From Macrostomum lignano (Eukaryota), in contig NIVC01000581.1 of NCBI GenBank assembly GCA_002269645.1, forward strand, positions 462,633 through 526,632: DNA of 64,000 nt. Direction: 5' to 3'. Below the pieces are notes generated by a model. The model was not told where the DNA came from, did no database searches, and saw only the letters and a program-made list of their open reading frames with translations. Of this stretch, positions 48,343 through 64,000 are shown one piece after another; position 1 is the first letter of the stretch; the number at the start of each line of letters is the position of its first letter. Made by a program: the position numbers and the translations under genes.

Positions 48343-49077
48343 TGATGGAGCTCTCCGAGCGCTTCCTATCCAGACTCTGGAGTTCCTTGCAGCTATGGAG
48401 TTTCTTAGAGCTAATAAAGGGGGAATTGAAGAATGCATGGTTGAGAAGGCCATCATAGGATTAGCACTCAGTTGCCAATGTTTATGCTAGGATTTTTACC
48501 ACCCGAACATTATCCAGGCAAAGTCAGGAATAAATATTTGAAAGCAGTGTAGGTCTTGAATGCAAATGTGCAACGAACAATTTTTACACTCTGTGGGTAT
48601 AGAAATGTTCTGACACTCCTACTGATAAGGATAAACTGTGCCTATGAGCATTAAGGAAAAAACCCTCTGTTAGCTCTTCTTACTCTTGTGTTTTAATAGT
48701 ATTTATTACAGGTGTTGTTTTTTATCAACGGTAAATATTGATTTTTTACCGTTTTACCGTCAATGGTGATTTTTGATCAAATCAAGTCTCGGCGCCAGTC
48801 TGCTATCCGGCTGCTTGCTCCGCTCTTTCTCTGTGTGCTTTGTGGGTGACGGCCCGCCCTCTGCCCGCTTTCATGTCGCTTCGCTTCTGTTCTCCATGTT
48901 TGCTTCATGTTTGCTGTGGGCGCCAATTATACAGGGGCAATTTTTTTCAATTTTACAGCTCATTTCACAGCTGAACTGCGGCTTTGGCTTTGCTTATTTG
49001 CGCTGGATCAGTCAGCACCTTTTCTTGTAATGATGACACTTTCCTCGTTGTTGGGCCTTCTGAGCCTGCCTCTCCGC

Positions 49078-49812
49078 CCCCTGATCAGTCCCTGCATCTG
49101 CTCTCCGCTCCCTGATCAGTCTCTGCATCTGCTCTCCGCTCCCTGATCAGTCTATGCATCTGCTCTCCGCCCCCTGATCAGTTCCTGAATCTGTCTCTCC
49201 GCTCCCTGATCAGGCCCTGCATCTGCCTCTCCGCCCCCTGATCAGTCCCTGCATCTGCCTCTCCGCTCCCTGATCAGTCTATGCATCTGCTCTCCGCCCC
49301 CTGATCAGTTCCTGAATCTGTCTCTCCGCTCCCTGATCAGGCCCTGCATCTGTCTCTCCGCTCCCTGATCAGGCCCTGCATCTGCCTCTCCGCCCCCTGA
49401 TCAGTCCCTGCATCTGCCTCTCCGCTCCGTGATCAGTCCCTGCATCTGCCTCTCCGCTCCGTGATCAGTCCCTGCATCTGCCTCTCCGCCCCCTGATCAG
49501 TCCCTGCATCTGCTCTCCGCTCCCTGATCAGTCCCTGCATCTGCCTCTCCGCCCCCTGATCAGTCCCTGCATCTGCCTCTCCGCCCCCTGATCAGTCTAT
49601 GCATCTGCCTCTCCGCTCCCTGATCAGTCCCTGCATCTGCCTCTCCGCCCCCTGATCAGTCCCTGCATCTGCCTCTCTGCTCCGTGATCAGTCCCTGCAT
49701 CTGCCTCTCCGCTCCGTGATCAGTCTTTGCATCTGCCTCTCCGCCCCCTGATCAGTCTATGCATCTGCCTCTCCGCTCCCTGATCAGTCCCTGCGTCTGC
49801 CTCTCCGCTCCC
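49078..49812. repeat. ~32-bp pyrimidine-rich minisatellite (CCCTGATCAGTCCCTGCATCTGCCTCTCCGCT), about 23 copies, upstream of the ABCC10-like ATG
   Basis: Direct inspection. Confidence 0.97.
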
Positions 49813-49874
49813 TCAGTTTCAGCTGTCAGATGTCAGGCCCGCCAGCCCGCTGACAGCTCTTCCACAATCCTGAT

Positions 49875-63650
<13,776 letters not shown>

Positions 63651-63667
63651 CGTGTGCGAAAGCGTCC

Positions 63668-64000
63668 TTAGCAACCCTGTCTCACGAAAGCCTCCATAGC
63701 AACCCTGTCTCACGATAGCGTCCATAGCAACCCTGTCTCACGATAGCGTCCATAGCAACCCTGTCTCACGATAGCGTCCATAGCAACTCTGTCTCACGAA
63801 AGCGTCCATAGCAACCCTGTCTCACGAAAGCGTCCATAGCAACCCTGTCTCACGATAGCGTCCATAGCAACTCTGTCTCACGAAAGCCTCCATTAGCAAC
63901 CCTGTCTCACGATAGCGTCCATAGCACTCTGTCTCACGATAGCGTCCATAGCAACTCTGTCTCACGAAGCCTCCATAGCAACCCTGTCTCACGATAGCGT
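63668..64000. repeat. 28-bp minisatellite (AGCAACCCTGTCTCACGATAGCGTCCAT) 3' of ABCC10, running off the window
   Basis: Direct inspection. Confidence 0.97.

Overview
Eukaryotic (metazoan) genomic DNA with GC-rich exons, spliceosomal introns and a very high load of tandem repeats. The overall style suggests the flatworm Macrostomum, but that is inference only. Genes I can support by spliced translation: an RNF103-like RING-H2 E3 ligase (-, 7526-10851), a MiT/TFE (MITF/TFEB) bHLH-zip factor (-, 14171-17474), CRIPT (-, 39118-40960), geranylgeranyl diphosphate synthase GGPS1 (+, 45940-48342) and an ABCC10/MRP7-like ABC transporter (+, 49875 to ~63650, with frameshifts toward the window end). Two divergent receptor-like genes converge at ~31.3 kb: a signal peptide + TM + SEFIR-like (IL-17 receptor-like) gene (+) and a cadherin/Ig-like gene (-). 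Mobile DNA: a head-to-tail stack of non-autonomous Helitrons carrying satellites and TTAGGG tracts (1-6978), a decayed piggyBac that splits a tRNA-derived SINE at TTAA, an RNase H-bearing LINE remnant, a hAT-transposase fragment, a TIR element with a 6-bp flanking duplication, and an intronic Helitron 3' end. Nearly every intron of the GC-rich genes carries its own minisatellite, and at least two of these arrays are tandem copies of the exon/5' splice-site junction itself. Most long ORFs in the supplied track are by-products of these repeats. No CRISPR array, rRNA gene or intact tRNA gene was seen.
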